A stretch of 64,000 bases of DNA from Pseudomonadales bacterium (GCA_029251375.1 JAQXDL010000038.1:10578-74577), one strand, 5' to 3'; shown: positions 18,774 through 29,477, numbered from the stretch's first letter. Numbers and translations are program-made. Notes: a model not told the origin generated them from the letters alone.

Positions 18774-19334
18774 ATACTAACCAATAAACAACTTTATGAG
18801 AGAGCATTATTACACAGTTATGGACTTAGCGGATGCCAATAGTTCGCATTCGAAGGTTTTCCTAAACTCGGCGGTTTACTTCGGGCCGCCAATACAGACG
18901 CTTGGCAAATAAAAGCATAAAAAACGACATGGCAAAATAACATGATAGAAAAACATAATAGAACAACATGGCAGAACAAGGCGGCAGAACAAAATCTGCG
19001 CGCTTAGATAAAACCCCATGTGACAATCTACCGGACTGATACAGAGCCAAATTAGACCTTAAGCAGCAGTGACATTGCCACAAGGTAAAGAAGCGACGCC
19101 ATCAATACGATGAAAGGAGGCAATTACCCCGCGAACTGACTAATTGATGCGGAACTTGATAGCGTTCAGGACTCTAATTCATTATCGTGGTCACATATGC
19201 ATGGGACCAATAATCAAAACCTTACGGTCTAAATGAACAGATCATGGTTATGTATGCATGATGCTAATGAACCAACCTGTAATGATCTAAATACCCAGAT
19301 CGCAGGTATTACACACTAAGCCGATATCCGATAT

Positions 19335-21662
19335 ATGAAAATGAAAAACTTATTCCGCTCAAGCCTATTAGTCAGCCTGTCAATTTTTAGTGCAGGCATC
19401 CTAAACGTTGCCTTAGCGACCACGACAGCAGAAATAGCGACTTCAAACCACAACACGGAGGGGACAGCTGCCCTTGCCCCTCTTCCCGAACATACAAATA
19501 CAACGCGACATATCGTCGATGCACTGTCGTCACGTCATTACGTCGATACGGTTTTGAACGATGACCTTTCTTCTAAGATCTTTGATGGCTACATTGACGG
19601 CCTAGATCCTTCTCGAAGTTACTTCCTAGCATCAGACATCGCGGGTTTTGAACACCTACGATTTGAGTTAGATAATGCTCTGCGCAGAGGCGATGTATCA
19701 CCGGCGTTCGAGATTTTTAACACTTATCATGAACGCGTTGTGACGCGATTTGGGAAAGTAATCGCTAATATAGAACTTGGTGTTGACCAGTTCGATTTTA
19801 CAGTTGATGAAAAGCTCATTCTTGACCGCGCTGAAGAGCCTTGGGCGCTGACCGAAGCGGAACTGGATGATCTGTGGAGAAAGCGAGTAAAACACGACGT
19901 ACTGAACCTACGTTTGGCGGACAAAGAGCCTGAAAAAACCCAGGAGCTGTTACTCAAACGTTATGAAAACCGGCTTTCGCGCACGATACAAACGAACAGT
20001 GAGGACATTTATCAGATCTACATGAATGCCTTTACAAAAACCTATGATCCTCACACCCAGTATTTCTCGCCGAGAACATCTGAAAACTTCAACATTAATA
20101 TGAGCCTCTCACTGGAAGGTATCGGCGCGGTATTGCAACGTGAAGATGAACACACACGGGTTGTAAGTCTTGTAACGAAAGGCCCTGCAGACAAATCAAA
20201 GAGCCTCTTTCCAGATGATAAAATTATAGGTGTTGGTCAAGGCCCTGAAGGCGATATCGTAGACGTCGTAGGTTGGCGGCTCGATGAGGTCGTAGAACTG
20301 ATCCGCGGCAAGAAAGATACAGTGGTCAGATTGGACGTCATTCCTGCCGAGGCGAAGGATTCGAGCTCAAAGGTTATCGAAATTACTCGCAACACGGTCA
20401 AACTAGAGGAGCAGTCCGCAAAATCAGAGATTATCGAAGTCGAGCATTTCGGCGCAATTCAAAAAATTGGCGTCATCGACATACCGACCTTTTACATCGA
20501 CTTCAAGGCTCTACAACAAGGTGACAAAAATTACAAAAGCACGACGTCTGATGTCCGTAAGCTGCTCGTCGATCTGAAAGGACAAGGCGTTGAAGGAATT
20601 GTTATTGACCTACGCAATAATGGCGGTGGTTCGTTGCAGGAAGCCAAAACCCTAACCGGATTGTTTATTGACCGTGGCCCCACCGTGCAGATTCGCAGCA
20701 AAAGTAATCGAGTAGATATCTTGAATGATCGGGATATTCGTACGATTTACGATGGACCGATGGCCGTTTTAGTCAATCGCCTCAGTGCCTCTGCCTCTGA
20801 GATTTTCGCCGGAGCTCTGCAGGACTACGAACGTGCAGTTGTGGTTGGCAGTCAAACATTTGGCAAAGGCACCGTACAATCTTTGATCCCGCTTGATCGC
20901 GGCCAGCTAAAACTGACCCAGGCGAAGTTCTACCGTATTTCAGGAGAGAGCACCCAGCATAAGGGCATCGTACCTGACATTGCATTTCCGGCTAATTTTG
21001 ATCCCGAGCAAATAGGTGAGAGCACACTGGACAGCCCTCTGCCCTGGGATCATATCAAGCCCACCAGTTACCGCGCGAAAGGCGCCGTTAATCCGCTGCT
21101 GGCTGATCTCCAATCAATGCACGACAAGCGTGCTTTATTAGATCCTGAATTTATCTATCTTCGCGATGCACTCGCCTACCGGCAGGTTAGGTCTAACGAA
21201 AACACCATATCTTTAAACGAGCAAGCTCGTGTGCGTGATAAAGATAATGCAGATACATTTTGGTTGACGCTAGAGAATACCAAGCGCCTAGGCTTAGGAT
21301 TAGATCCGGTTGCCTCTTTGGATGACCTCGATAATGACGACGAAGGGCCCGTCGTTGCATCGGTTGAACAAACGCCTGATGGCGCGGCGGGATTGTCCCC
21401 AGCGACGACTGAGGACGCATCTACTGAGACTGAATCTCTGCTTGGCAACGAGATTGTCGGTGTAGGCTTTGATGATGATTCGAATAACCCAGCCAAAAAG
21501 TCCGGTGACCTTGACAACGTGCATCATGGTATTAGCGATGATGCAGCAGAGGAAGACGAAGAGCCGGACCCCTTCTTGGTCGAAACAAGCAAAATAGTGC
21601 TTGATATGATCGGACTAGAAAAGCGAACCGCAAACAAATTCACAAAAGAGCAGCGCATCTAA
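19335..21662 (+). CDS. prc: Tail-specific (C-terminal processing) protease Prc with acidic C-terminal extension
   Basis: Signal peptide, LSLEGIGAVL PDZ region, S41 motifs DLRNNGGGSL and ASASEIFAGALQD. About 100 Asp/Glu-rich residues extend the C-terminus. Confidence 0.9.
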   Translation: MKMKNLFRSSLLVSLSIFSAGILNVALATTTAEIATSNHNTEGTAALAPLPEHTNTTRHIVDALSSRHYVDTVLNDDLSSKIFDGYIDGLDPSRSYFLASDIAGFEHLRFELDNALRRGDVSPAFEIFNTYHERVVTRFGKVIANIELGVDQFDFTVDEKLILDRAEEPWALTEAELDDLWRKRVKHDVLNLRLADKEPEKTQELLLKRYENRLSRTIQTNSEDIYQIYMNAFTKTYDPHTQYFSPRTSENFNINMSLSLEGIGAVLQREDEHTRVVSLVTKGPADKSKSLFPDDKIIGVGQGPEGDIVDVVGWRLDEVVELIRGKKDTVVRLDVIPAEAKDSSSKVIEITRNTVKLEEQSAKSEIIEVEHFGAIQKIGVIDIPTFYIDFKALQQGDKNYKSTTSDVRKLLVDLKGQGVEGIVIDLRNNGGGSLQEAKTLTGLFIDRGPTVQIRSKSNRVDILNDRDIRTIYDGPMAVLVNRLSASASEIFAGALQDYERAVVVGSQTFGKGTVQSLIPLDRGQLKLTQAKFYRISGESTQHKGIVPDIAFPANFDPEQIGESTLDSPLPWDHIKPTSYRAKGAVNPLLADLQSMHDKRALLDPEFIYLRDALAYRQVRSNENTISLNEQARVRDKDNADTFWLTLENTKRLGLGLDPVASLDDLDNDDEGPVVASVEQTPDGAAGLSPATTEDASTETESLLGNEIVGVGFDDDSNNPAKKSGDLDNVHHGISDDAAEEDEEPDPFLVETSKIVLDMIGLEKRTANKFTKEQRI

Positions 21663-21689
21663 TTATCAGCGGCTAGCTTTAGGCACACC

Positions 21690-22355
21690 TTAGATAAAGG
21701 TTGCAATTTGATCGAGCGACTTCTTGTTGATATCTGGGACCTCGGCCCCCTCTTGCGGGTAACCAACGACGAGTAACAAAAACGGTCTTTCTGTTTTAGG
21801 GCGGTGCAATATCCGGTTCATAAAGCCCATCGGACTCGGCGTATGGGTCAGGCAGGCTAATCCTGCATGATGCAATGCAGTAATGAGTACGCCGGTTGCG
21901 ATTCCGACCGATTCTGGTGCATAGTAATGCTTCACCTTTGTGCCGTCTGGCAAGGTACCGAACCGTTGTTGAAACACCGCGATCAACCATGGGGCCTTTT
22001 CCAGAAAGGGTTTATTCGCATCCGTGCCCAAAGGCGCTAACGCCTGTAGCCATTCCTCCGGTGCTTTGTCTGCATAAAAACTTACTTCTTCCTGCTCAGC
22101 TGCGACCCTTATCTGACGTTTAATTTCTGCATCACCCACCACAACAAACTGCCATGGCTGCATGTTTGCGCCACTCACCGACGTGCCCGCCGTTAACAAA
22201 CAGTGCTCTATTATCTGTTTCGGTACCGGTTTATCAGAAAAGTCTCGAACCGTTCTGCGTGACTTCATCTCGATATAAAACGAAGCCGCACGATCAATCA
22301 TGTCAGCTTCATCGAAGTGTGAAAAATTAAGTGTTACAAATGGATGCTCTGCCAT
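21690..22355 (-). CDS. Iodotyrosine-deiodinase-like flavoprotein (nitroreductase superfamily, IYD subgroup)
   Basis: Collinear end to end with my recollection of the human IYD catalytic domain: RRTVRDFSD.PVP, TAGTSVSGANMQPWQFVVV, EQEEVSFY (Glu/Tyr), ANKPFLEKAPWLIAVF (Lys), VKHYY, LLLVVGYP...VPDINKKSLDQI. Confidence 0.8.
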   Translation of the reverse strand: MAEHPFVTLNFSHFDEADMIDRAASFYIEMKSRRTVRDFSDKPVPKQIIEHCLLTAGTSVSGANMQPWQFVVVGDAEIKRQIRVAAEQEEVSFYADKAPEEWLQALAPLGTDANKPFLEKAPWLIAVFQQRFGTLPDGTKVKHYYAPESVGIATGVLITALHHAGLACLTHTPSPMGFMNRILHRPKTERPFLLLVVGYPQEGAEVPDINKKSLDQIATFI

Positions 22356-22388
22356 AAAAGATACTCTGACAAGATTGAATATGCCTTG

Positions 22389-23138
22389 CTAACGCCCTGC
22401 CTTGTCTTTCTCAACCAAATCAAAAGCGTGCTGAATCTCTTTAAATTTGTCTTCAGAGGCAGCCGCGAACTCTGGTGAAACCCCTTTTGATTGCACACGA
22501 TCTGGATGAAATTCCATCGCTAATTTTCGATACTTTTTCTTAATGTCGCGCATTTCATCGTCCGGCTTGGCGCCTAAGATTGCGTAATAACGACTAATAT
22601 CGTTCGGCAGGCCACTAAACCGACTTTTCAATTGCTGATAGCGACTCTCCAGTTTAAATATTCTAACAGCATCAAGTATCAGGCGTTCTTCAGGTTCATC
22701 CATGCGACCGTCGGCGTGGGCCACAAGGAGTAACAAATCAATCACGGACGATAATACGGCTTCGACCCGACCAAATTCTTGATAGAACTGTAGAGCAAAA
22801 CCCTCAAACTTCTCATCCGACTCTTTGGCTGTATTAAATACCTCAATCGCAAACTTTCTCGCCTGAGGACTGAGACGCAAATTGTCAGTCATGACGCGGT
22901 CGATCGCATCGATTTCATGCTGAGTAACCGCGCCATCGGCTTTAGCAAGCTTACCCAACATAGAAAAAGTCGCGACAAAATAGATCGTTTGTTTATTCTC
23001 GAGACCACTAATCAGACCTTTGGTCATACGCCCACTATCGAGCGCATGATGCCCCGCCAGCATGCCAAGCACTGCTCCGACGGGACCGCCGAACATTAGA
23101 CCGATACCGCCGCCTAAAATTTTTCCGAGCCAACTCAT
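22389..23138 (-). CDS. djlA: Co-chaperone DjlA (TM anchor, TerB-like domain, C-terminal J domain)
   Basis: Gly-rich N-terminal TM segment MSWLGKILGGGIGLMFGGPVGAVLG, plus the C-terminal J domain YYAILGAKPDDEMRDIKKKYRKLAMEFHPDR. Confidence 0.88.
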   Translation of the reverse strand: MSWLGKILGGGIGLMFGGPVGAVLGMLAGHHALDSGRMTKGLISGLENKQTIYFVATFSMLGKLAKADGAVTQHEIDAIDRVMTDNLRLSPQARKFAIEVFNTAKESDEKFEGFALQFYQEFGRVEAVLSSVIDLLLLVAHADGRMDEPEERLILDAVRIFKLESRYQQLKSRFSGLPNDISRYYAILGAKPDDEMRDIKKKYRKLAMEFHPDRVQSKGVSPEFAAASEDKFKEIQHAFDLVEKDKAGR

Positions 23139-23146
23139 ATCTTCAG

Positions 23147-24073
23147 TTAATCCTTCAAGCGATTTGACGTTGTGTTCTGTTTTGGCGAACCTTCCAGCAA
23201 CGTAACACGGCGAATATGACTATCAACAATTGCCAACATTTCAGGTACTAAGCCGTCCGGTATGTTGTGCCCCATACCTTCCACAGCAACCAGCACAGCA
23301 TCGGCAATACTGTTTGCCGTATCTTCACCGCAAGCAAGCGGAATCAACGCGTCATCTTCTCCATGTATAACCGTCGTCGCAACGCGAATACTATCCAGCA
23401 ACTCAATTCTGCTGCCAGCAGCTACCATCGCTGCCATTTGATAAGCGACACCCATTGGATCATAACTTCGCTCGTAGCTGAGTTGTGCTCGGGTGAGCCT
23501 ATGCTGTAAGGATTCGGGGTAGCCGGGACTGCCGAATATGACCATGTCCTCGGCCGTTCGCCGGATAACCTCATCAGCGCTACTCGTATCATCCGAATCG
23601 CGCATTAACGCTTGCTGAGCCTCAGGACTCGGACCAGGCAAACCAGGCCGACCTGACGACGACATGGCAGAGCAAAGAGACTTAACCCTTAGGGGATACT
23701 GTGCCGCAATAATTTGAGCAATCATGCCACCCATTGATATGCCAAAAATGTGCGCCTGTTCAATCGATAGCGCATCCATTAGCCCCATCACGTCCGCCGC
23801 CATGTCATAGGCCGAATAAGGGGCGGTATCCTGCCCTGCAGCAATGCGCTTGAGATTCGGTTTAATCGGCTGATTGAAATGCGTCGATAGACCAACATCA
23901 CGGTTATCAAAGCGAATCACGCGTAGATTTTGCGCGACGAGTCCTTCGATAAACTTGTCTGGCCAGTCAATGAGTTGCGTGCCCAGACCACGAATAAGCA
24001 CAAAAGCCGGATCAGTCTTAAGACCGATATCCTCATAAGCCAATGTTACTTGTTCAAGTTGGGCAAATTTCAC
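23147..24073 (-). CDS. Alpha/beta-fold hydrolase, substrate unknown
   Basis: Nucleophile elbow GISMGGMIA and late GMGH motif. The 4-nt start/stop overlap with manB suggests co-transcription. Confidence 0.8.
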   Translation of the reverse strand: MKFAQLEQVTLAYEDIGLKTDPAFVLIRGLGTQLIDWPDKFIEGLVAQNLRVIRFDNRDVGLSTHFNQPIKPNLKRIAAGQDTAPYSAYDMAADVMGLMDALSIEQAHIFGISMGGMIAQIIAAQYPLRVKSLCSAMSSSGRPGLPGPSPEAQQALMRDSDDTSSADEVIRRTAEDMVIFGSPGYPESLQHRLTRAQLSYERSYDPMGVAYQMAAMVAAGSRIELLDSIRVATTVIHGEDDALIPLACGEDTANSIADAVLVAVEGMGHNIPDGLVPEMLAIVDSHIRRVTLLEGSPKQNTTSNRLKD

Positions 24074-25425
24074 AAGTCCTCGCCTCCCATCAGATCGAGC
24101 AACTCTTGGGTTTTTAACTTCATTAGCGCCGTATCAGCACGTGATTCAACATTGAGTCGGACAACAGGCTCTGTATTCGACATGCGCACGTTAAAACGCC
24201 AATCCGCAAACTCGACACTCAAACCATCCGTATGATCAACACTCTTTGCATCGACGCTATACTTTGACTCTAATGAACTGATCAATTGCGCAGCATTTTC
24301 AATGCGACGATTAATCTCGCCACTGGCTGGAAACAGCAACATGCGATCATCGACTAGCTCAGCTAAGGTCTTGCCACTGGCTGAGATTAAGCCAATGACC
24401 AGCAACCAAGGCACCATACCCGAGTCACAATAAGCAAAATCTCTAAAATAGTGGTGCGCACTCATTTCACCCCCGTAAGCAGCATCCTCTATCCGCATAC
24501 GCTCTTTTATGAAAGCGTGACCTGTCTTGCTCATCACCGCTGTACCGCCTTTGGCCTCGACAATTTCAATCGTGTTCCAAGTTAGACGAGGATCATGAAC
24601 GATGCGCGCATCAGGCTCTTTCTTTAAGAATGCCTCTGCCAATAAGCCAACAATATAATAGCCTTCGACAAATCGACCTTGCGCGTCGAAAAAGAAGCAC
24701 CGGTCAAAATCACCATCCCAAGCAATACCGAGGTCTGCATTATTGGCTGTAATCGCTTCGATCGTCGATGTTCGGTTTTCAACCAATAGAGGGTTAGGAA
24801 CGCCATTAGGAAAATGACCATCTGCTTCGTGGTGCACCTTGATAAACTCGACGGGTAAGTGCGCCTCGATCTGATCAATGACCGCACCTGCTCCGCCGTT
24901 TCCAGCGTTAACAACAATCTTCAGTGGTTTTAAATTTGGTAGGTCAACATAACTCAACAATTGTTGAATGTAGGCCGATCGATGATCAAGAGTCGTCAAC
25001 TCACCTGGTTGCATCGGCTCGCCAAAATCAGCGGTTTCTACAAGCTGCTCTATTTCTTTAAGCCCTGTGTCACCACTAATAGGTCTCGAATCTTCACGAA
25101 CAAGCTTCATGCCGTTGTAATCTTTAGGATTATGACTCGCCGTCACGACAATGCCGCCATCCATCTTAAAGTGTGAGGTCGCAAAATAAATTTCTTCTGT
25201 ACCGCACTCACCGATATGAAACACATCAACGCCACTATCTCTAAGCCCCTCGATCAATGCATCACAGATCTCTGGACTGGACAATCGTATGTCATGCCCT
25301 ACGACAACCTTCTTTGGCAAAATTTTAGCCGCAAATGCCCTTCCTATCCGGTAAGCAACATCTGTATTTAACTCATCCGGTACCCGGCCTCTTATGTCAT
25401 AGGCCTTGAAACAACTTAACGCCAC
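24070..25425 (-). CDS. manB: Phosphomannomutase (ManB/CpsG type)
   Basis: [16 protein letters not shown], active-site [28 protein letters not shown], and [20 protein letters not shown]. Near-collinear with E. coli CpsG as recalled. GTG start. Confidence 0.9.
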   Translation of the reverse strand: MALSCFKAYDIRGRVPDELNTDVAYRIGRAFAAKILPKKVVVGHDIRLSSPEICDALIEGLRDSGVDVFHIGECGTEEIYFATSHFKMDGGIVVTASHNPKDYNGMKLVREDSRPISGDTGLKEIEQLVETADFGEPMQPGELTTLDHRSAYIQQLLSYVDLPNLKPLKIVVNAGNGGAGAVIDQIEAHLPVEFIKVHHEADGHFPNGVPNPLLVENRTSTIEAITANNADLGIAWDGDFDRCFFFDAQGRFVEGYYIVGLLAEAFLKKEPDARIVHDPRLTWNTIEIVEAKGGTAVMSKTGHAFIKERMRIEDAAYGGEMSAHHYFRDFAYCDSGMVPWLLVIGLISASGKTLAELVDDRMLLFPASGEINRRIENAAQLISSLESKYSVDAKSVDHTDGLSVEFADWRFNVRMSNTEPVVRLNVESRADTALMKLKTQELLDLMGGEDL

Positions 25426-25577
25426 GGTTTTGATTCCTGTCTCTATTTTCGAAACCGTATTCTAACGTAGTTCCGGTCAGCATGTTCACATCTGATACGT
25501 TGTCTAACGGAGTACGTTCCCCGTTTTAACTCCGAGAACTGCCAGATTCCACAGATTAGATAACCGCCATGTTAACG

Positions 25578-27149
25578 TTACTCCCCTTGATACATTGACG
25601 GCGTGATGTACTCAATTGCATCTGGATAATCGAAATTTAGATTATCAAACTTAACGCGATCGTCACTCACATCACTCTCATCTGGGACTCCGTCATAGTC
25701 CAGGTCGGCAGATTTTGTGCCGTCCTCAGGAAACATGTCTGCATAATTCTGCACACCGTCTGCGTCGCTATCTTCGATTGGCGAATACACCTTACCTGCA
25801 TAGAACGGGTCTAAATCGGGGTCGGAGGCAAAATCATTGACCAACACGGCCCCGGCTGCGGGCACAGCGGTGATAATATTGTTGCCTTCAAAAAACAAAT
25901 GGCTGGGTGTGGGCAAAGTATCGCGCACAACAAGGCCCTCACAAAAGCTCGTATCAACCTGCGAATAGACCTTTCGTGGCTTGAGCACCCTGACAATATA
26001 TTCCGGCCCGCTAGCGCCAACAACTGTTGTTAGGTCAGGCACGTCAAACGCCGGCACTGTGGTGGCAGCTGCTTGGCCGCTGCACGGCTCCGCGGCAACA
26101 ACAGATCCATCTAAAAGCGATCGACAAGCAACAGGCGGGTTTACACTAAACCCCGCTACTTGTACCTGCACGACATCATTGTTCGCATTCGTAAATTCCG
26201 CTGAAAAAGTCTCTGCGTTTCGATCTCCATCGGCTGTGTAGACCCCATAACCGAAATTAGGCACATAGGACCAGGAAACCGAACGACTGACACAGGCCGA
26301 CTCTATCAAAAGCTTGCTTTGAACAAAGTTCCCGGCAATATACAAGTCTAGGTATCTTTCGTACCGAATGTAATCGGCACTAAATGCGATATTTGTGGCA
26401 CCCGCAATATGGGGTATCCCCGCGGGGTACAATTCGGAACCAGTAGGTACGGGGTTAAATACTTTGTTGACGATTGTGCCGTAGCCAGCATCACCTTCTT
26501 CAAAATATAAATTTGTCGCATAGTATTCTTCGCTCTGCCCCTGTGGCGTACTTTGATTGATGACAAATTGATCCAAGTACAACGAACTCTGATATTGAAT
26601 GGTCGAATCGTCGACTCGCGACGACTCAGAATGCTGACGTAGCAACATCTTTTGGTCGTTTTGATTATAAAGCTGCTGATCAATCGTCATGATGCCGACA
26701 GGATTAGCAGCCGTCGCTTCTTCTATCACATGAATGTCTTGGGTAAGGCTGGTTAATGCGCCGGCGTTAGTTGCATTCCAGTACTCAACTCTCACCAAGG
26801 CATCAGGATTAAGTTGAGTTGCTCTAACGACCGCTGGTTCGTCTCGCATGTTAAGACCACACGCGCGCTCATCAATATTCGTTAAATAAGCATACGCCGG
26901 CGTATCAGCGTCACTTTGGAGATTGGCCCACTTGCGGTACTCGGTTTTGTTAAACAAACAAAGCAGTCTATTCAACCCGCCAAAGGGGATGTCTATGGTG
27001 ACTTGATGAACTAAGTTAATAGTGAAGTCTCGCCAGACAGGCTGAGATTTATCCGTGATTTGATCTCGCGTTAACTCAGAAAAAGCAGGATTAGCCGTGA
27101 TTAGCAGCGCCGACAGAAAAAGTGTTTTTAATATTAGTTTCTCAATCAT
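25578..27149 (-). CDS. Secreted protein of unknown function with C-terminal TSP3-like Asp-rich calcium-binding tail
   Basis: Sec signal MIEKLILKTLFLSALLITANPAFS. About 440 aa with no motif I recognise, with several Cys. The tail DSDADGVQNYADMFPEDGTKSADLDYDGVPDESD is TSP3-like. The start lies 2 nt after the stop of the upstream gene. Confidence 0.8.
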   Translation of the reverse strand: MIEKLILKTLFLSALLITANPAFSELTRDQITDKSQPVWRDFTINLVHQVTIDIPFGGLNRLLCLFNKTEYRKWANLQSDADTPAYAYLTNIDERACGLNMRDEPAVVRATQLNPDALVRVEYWNATNAGALTSLTQDIHVIEEATAANPVGIMTIDQQLYNQNDQKMLLRQHSESSRVDDSTIQYQSSLYLDQFVINQSTPQGQSEEYYATNLYFEEGDAGYGTIVNKVFNPVPTGSELYPAGIPHIAGATNIAFSADYIRYERYLDLYIAGNFVQSKLLIESACVSRSVSWSYVPNFGYGVYTADGDRNAETFSAEFTNANNDVVQVQVAGFSVNPPVACRSLLDGSVVAAEPCSGQAAATTVPAFDVPDLTTVVGASGPEYIVRVLKPRKVYSQVDTSFCEGLVVRDTLPTPSHLFFEGNNIITAVPAAGAVLVNDFASDPDLDPFYAGKVYSPIEDSDADGVQNYADMFPEDGTKSADLDYDGVPDESDVSDDRVKFDNLNFDYPDAIEYITPSMYQGE

Positions 27150-27151
27150 TT

Positions 27152-28963
27152 TTATCTCAAAAATTCGATAATAGAAGGGATTTCTCTAGCCATAAATATC
27201 GATCCATCTTTTGGGAAAGGATCTTCATAATCGAACACGCCGTCAGCATCATCATCTGCATCTGCAAGCATCCCCAATTGCAGGCAAGCCGAATCACAGT
27301 CATCGGGGATACCGTCGAGGTCTGTGTCTAGCAAAATACCGGTCGATATGAGCGGGAAACCATCGTCCGCGTCTGGCGAGTTGTCACCATCATCATCGGT
27401 ATCTGCAGCCATGCCTAATTCCTGACAGGCACTATCACAATCATTCGGGCGACCATCGGCGTCTGTATCGAGCAATGTCCCGATACTCACTAATGGGTAA
27501 CCGTCAACGGTATCGACAATACCGTCCCCATCATCATCTGTATCGGCGTTGTTGCCCGTGCCGTCGCCATCTGTATCTAGGCTCTCGGTCGAGTCCGATG
27601 GGAAAGCATCGACACTGTCGCGGACGTCATCGTTATCGTCATCGGGGTCCAATAAATCTGGCACACCATCGTTATCGTTGTCAGGTGCATCAACCGCAAC
27701 CACAACATTAACAAACAGCTCTGTGGAACTGGTATCTTCTAAAAACTCACTCGCGTCCACTTCGCCAGAAGTCAATTGAGCCACTGATGTTTGCAGGTTC
27801 TCTTGAGCCGACTCAGCGATCTCTTGTGCCATATCTGATAAAGGGTCAAGGGTCGGGTCATCTACCACGGTATTAACGTTGGCAACAGAGGTCGCGACCG
27901 CTGCGATGGCAGAGGCTTCGATAACCACATTAGGTGTTGCCTCCGCGGCGGCTTGTGTCAAAACGAACTGAATGCTCGCTTGTGAAGTCAAATCGACGCT
28001 TCCTTCGGACTCAGCCATCGTCGACACTTGCTTAGCGACTGACTGGGCCAGCGCTACCGTAACATCAGTATCCGCATCGCCGTCATCAGCCAACGTCGTC
28101 GCTGTTTGTAGCAGCAAGCCCAATTGCTGGTTGATTCGCTGCGCAGCTTTAGCATCCTCATCACCCGCTTCAGCCTCAGCCCAACCGTCCCTTGTGAGCA
28201 ACTCTTCAGGTGTCCCGCTGATACCTAATGCGATCAACACTTGGGCCTTCGCTTCAGGGGTATCTACCGACGAAAGCACCATGGTCAGTGGCGTAACATT
28301 CGCGGCCTGAGATAGATCTGCGGGCACATCAGACACCAGCGCTAGATTCGGTAATGCCTTACCCGTCTTAGAATCTGTACCACCAATGGAAATAATCTTA
28401 GGGACAATCCCTGCGACAGGTGTGAACGGCTCGATGTTGAAATAGCCATTTGCATCTGTGGTACCGCTGGGTTCGTTGGCGTCTATTTGGCTATTGCCAT
28501 TTAAATCAATAAATACTGCTGCCCCGGCTATAGGCGCATCAACAACACGGCCCTCAAACGCATCGGTTACGGTGACCGTCAAAGACTGATTGTCCGACAG
28601 TGCGCCATCGCTCACTTGCACTGACAGCAAATAAACGTTATCCGCATTGGCGTTACTGGGCATCTCAAAATCGGGCGGCGCAGTGAAAGACAGCACGCCC
28701 GCTGAGGTTATCGTAAAGAGGGATTGATCATCGCTCGAAATGATCGAAAAAGTCAGTGAGTCACTGTCGGCATCGGTTGCACTCAATGTAGTGACGCTCG
28801 TGGCACCTTCAAGGATAGACAGTGCTCCGGGATCTAATATGTTGGGCGCACTGTTAGTGTTAGTGGTATCGGCAGGGCTTGAACTTCCACCGCCGCCACA
28901 CCCGGTAACAGCCAATACAAATAAAACCGTTACTAAAAGAGGAATTTCTTTTCTTTTCATCAT
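27152..28963 (-). CDS. Lipoprotein with cadherin-like domain, helical region and TSP3 (thrombospondin type 3) calcium-binding repeats
   Basis: Lipobox LAVTGC followed by a Gly/Ser linker. Cadherin-like segment (LEGATSVTTLSATDADSDSLTFSII...VYLLSVQVSDG...TVTVTD). DNDNDGVPDLLDPDDDNDDVRD..DTDGDGTGNNADTDDDGDG repeats. Two 47-aa C-terminal repeats. Confidence 0.85.
   Translation of the reverse strand: MMKRKEIPLLVTVLFVLAVTGCGGGGSSSPADTTNTNSAPNILDPGALSILEGATSVTTLSATDADSDSLTFSIISSDDQSLFTITSAGVLSFTAPPDFEMPSNANADNVYLLSVQVSDGALSDNQSLTVTVTDAFEGRVVDAPIAGAAVFIDLNGNSQIDANEPSGTTDANGYFNIEPFTPVAGIVPKIISIGGTDSKTGKALPNLALVSDVPADLSQAANVTPLTMVLSSVDTPEAKAQVLIALGISGTPEELLTRDGWAEAEAGDEDAKAAQRINQQLGLLLQTATTLADDGDADTDVTVALAQSVAKQVSTMAESEGSVDLTSQASIQFVLTQAAAEATPNVVIEASAIAAVATSVANVNTVVDDPTLDPLSDMAQEIAESAQENLQTSVAQLTSGEVDASEFLEDTSSTELFVNVVVAVDAPDNDNDGVPDLLDPDDDNDDVRDSVDAFPSDSTESLDTDGDGTGNNADTDDDGDGIVDTVDGYPLVSIGTLLDTDADGRPNDCDSACQELGMAADTDDDGDNSPDADDGFPLISTGILLDTDLDGIPDDCDSACLQLGMLADADDDADGVFDYEDPFPKDGSIFMAREIPSIIEFLR
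27212..27493 (-). repeat. Tandem 47-codon repeat (2 units) inside the lipoprotein gene
   Basis: LVSIGTLLDTDADGRPNDCDSACQELGMAADTDDDGDNSPDADDGFP is followed directly by LISTGILLDTDLDGIPDDCDSACLQLGMLADADDDADGVFDYEDPFP. Confidence 0.85.
27505..28855 (-). repeat. Copy 1 of a ~1.35-kb intralocus duplication (cadherin/helical/TSP3 module)
   Basis: Aligns with 32345-33683. My hand alignment of the cadherin-like stretch gave 109 of 139 identical residues, and the TSP3 stretch gave 56 of 58. Long runs of the DNA are near-identical. Confidence 0.85.
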
Positions 28964-29477
28964 TCTGTCCCGTCAAAGCAATATTTTTTTACTGAAAAAA
29001 TTAAGCTGTATTTGTTTGACCACATAGACACCTCAGCCGAGTAACATTTGTCTTCTCATTCTCAAGCGACCGTGCCACCATTATCAGATTGCCACGTGAT
29101 TCATATCAACGATACGCCGTCAATAATCAACGGTGCGGCAATCTGAAATTATGCCGGTGCGTTCGCTAAGCGACACCTGCCCGCAATGCGTTTAAGTGGT
29201 GTGACCGCTTGTTGTGGAATCAAAATTTTCTGTCGGTGACATTATTTTTTGCAGTCTAACGTATCACTGCTAGTTTTAGATAACGCTGCATAGTCACTCC
29301 ACATTTCGTAAACACTGTTTCAGCAATCGCGTCGGCAACTGCATTAAAATAGTGGGTTAGGCGCTACTGATCGTTTACGTCTGTAGCGAAATAGTGCAGA
29401 CGTCGAGTCACTTGAGTGATCATGTCTGATTAAGTCTTCACAATGTTGGCTGTATAACCGTTTAATCGTCATAGTCG

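Noticed and set aside
18862-19083. A 73-codon minus-strand ORF in the fkpA-prc spacer.
   Set aside because: Its composition is odd (Cys/Phe/Leu-rich, from an A-rich complement). It has no ribosome-binding site and resembles no family.
29045-29075. A sigma-54-like element on the minus strand (TGGCACggtcgcTTGA) about 90 nt upstream of the lipoprotein gene.
   Set aside because: The -12 element is TTGA rather than TTGC. It is also displaced by one nucleotide relative to the strict GG-N10-GC spacing.
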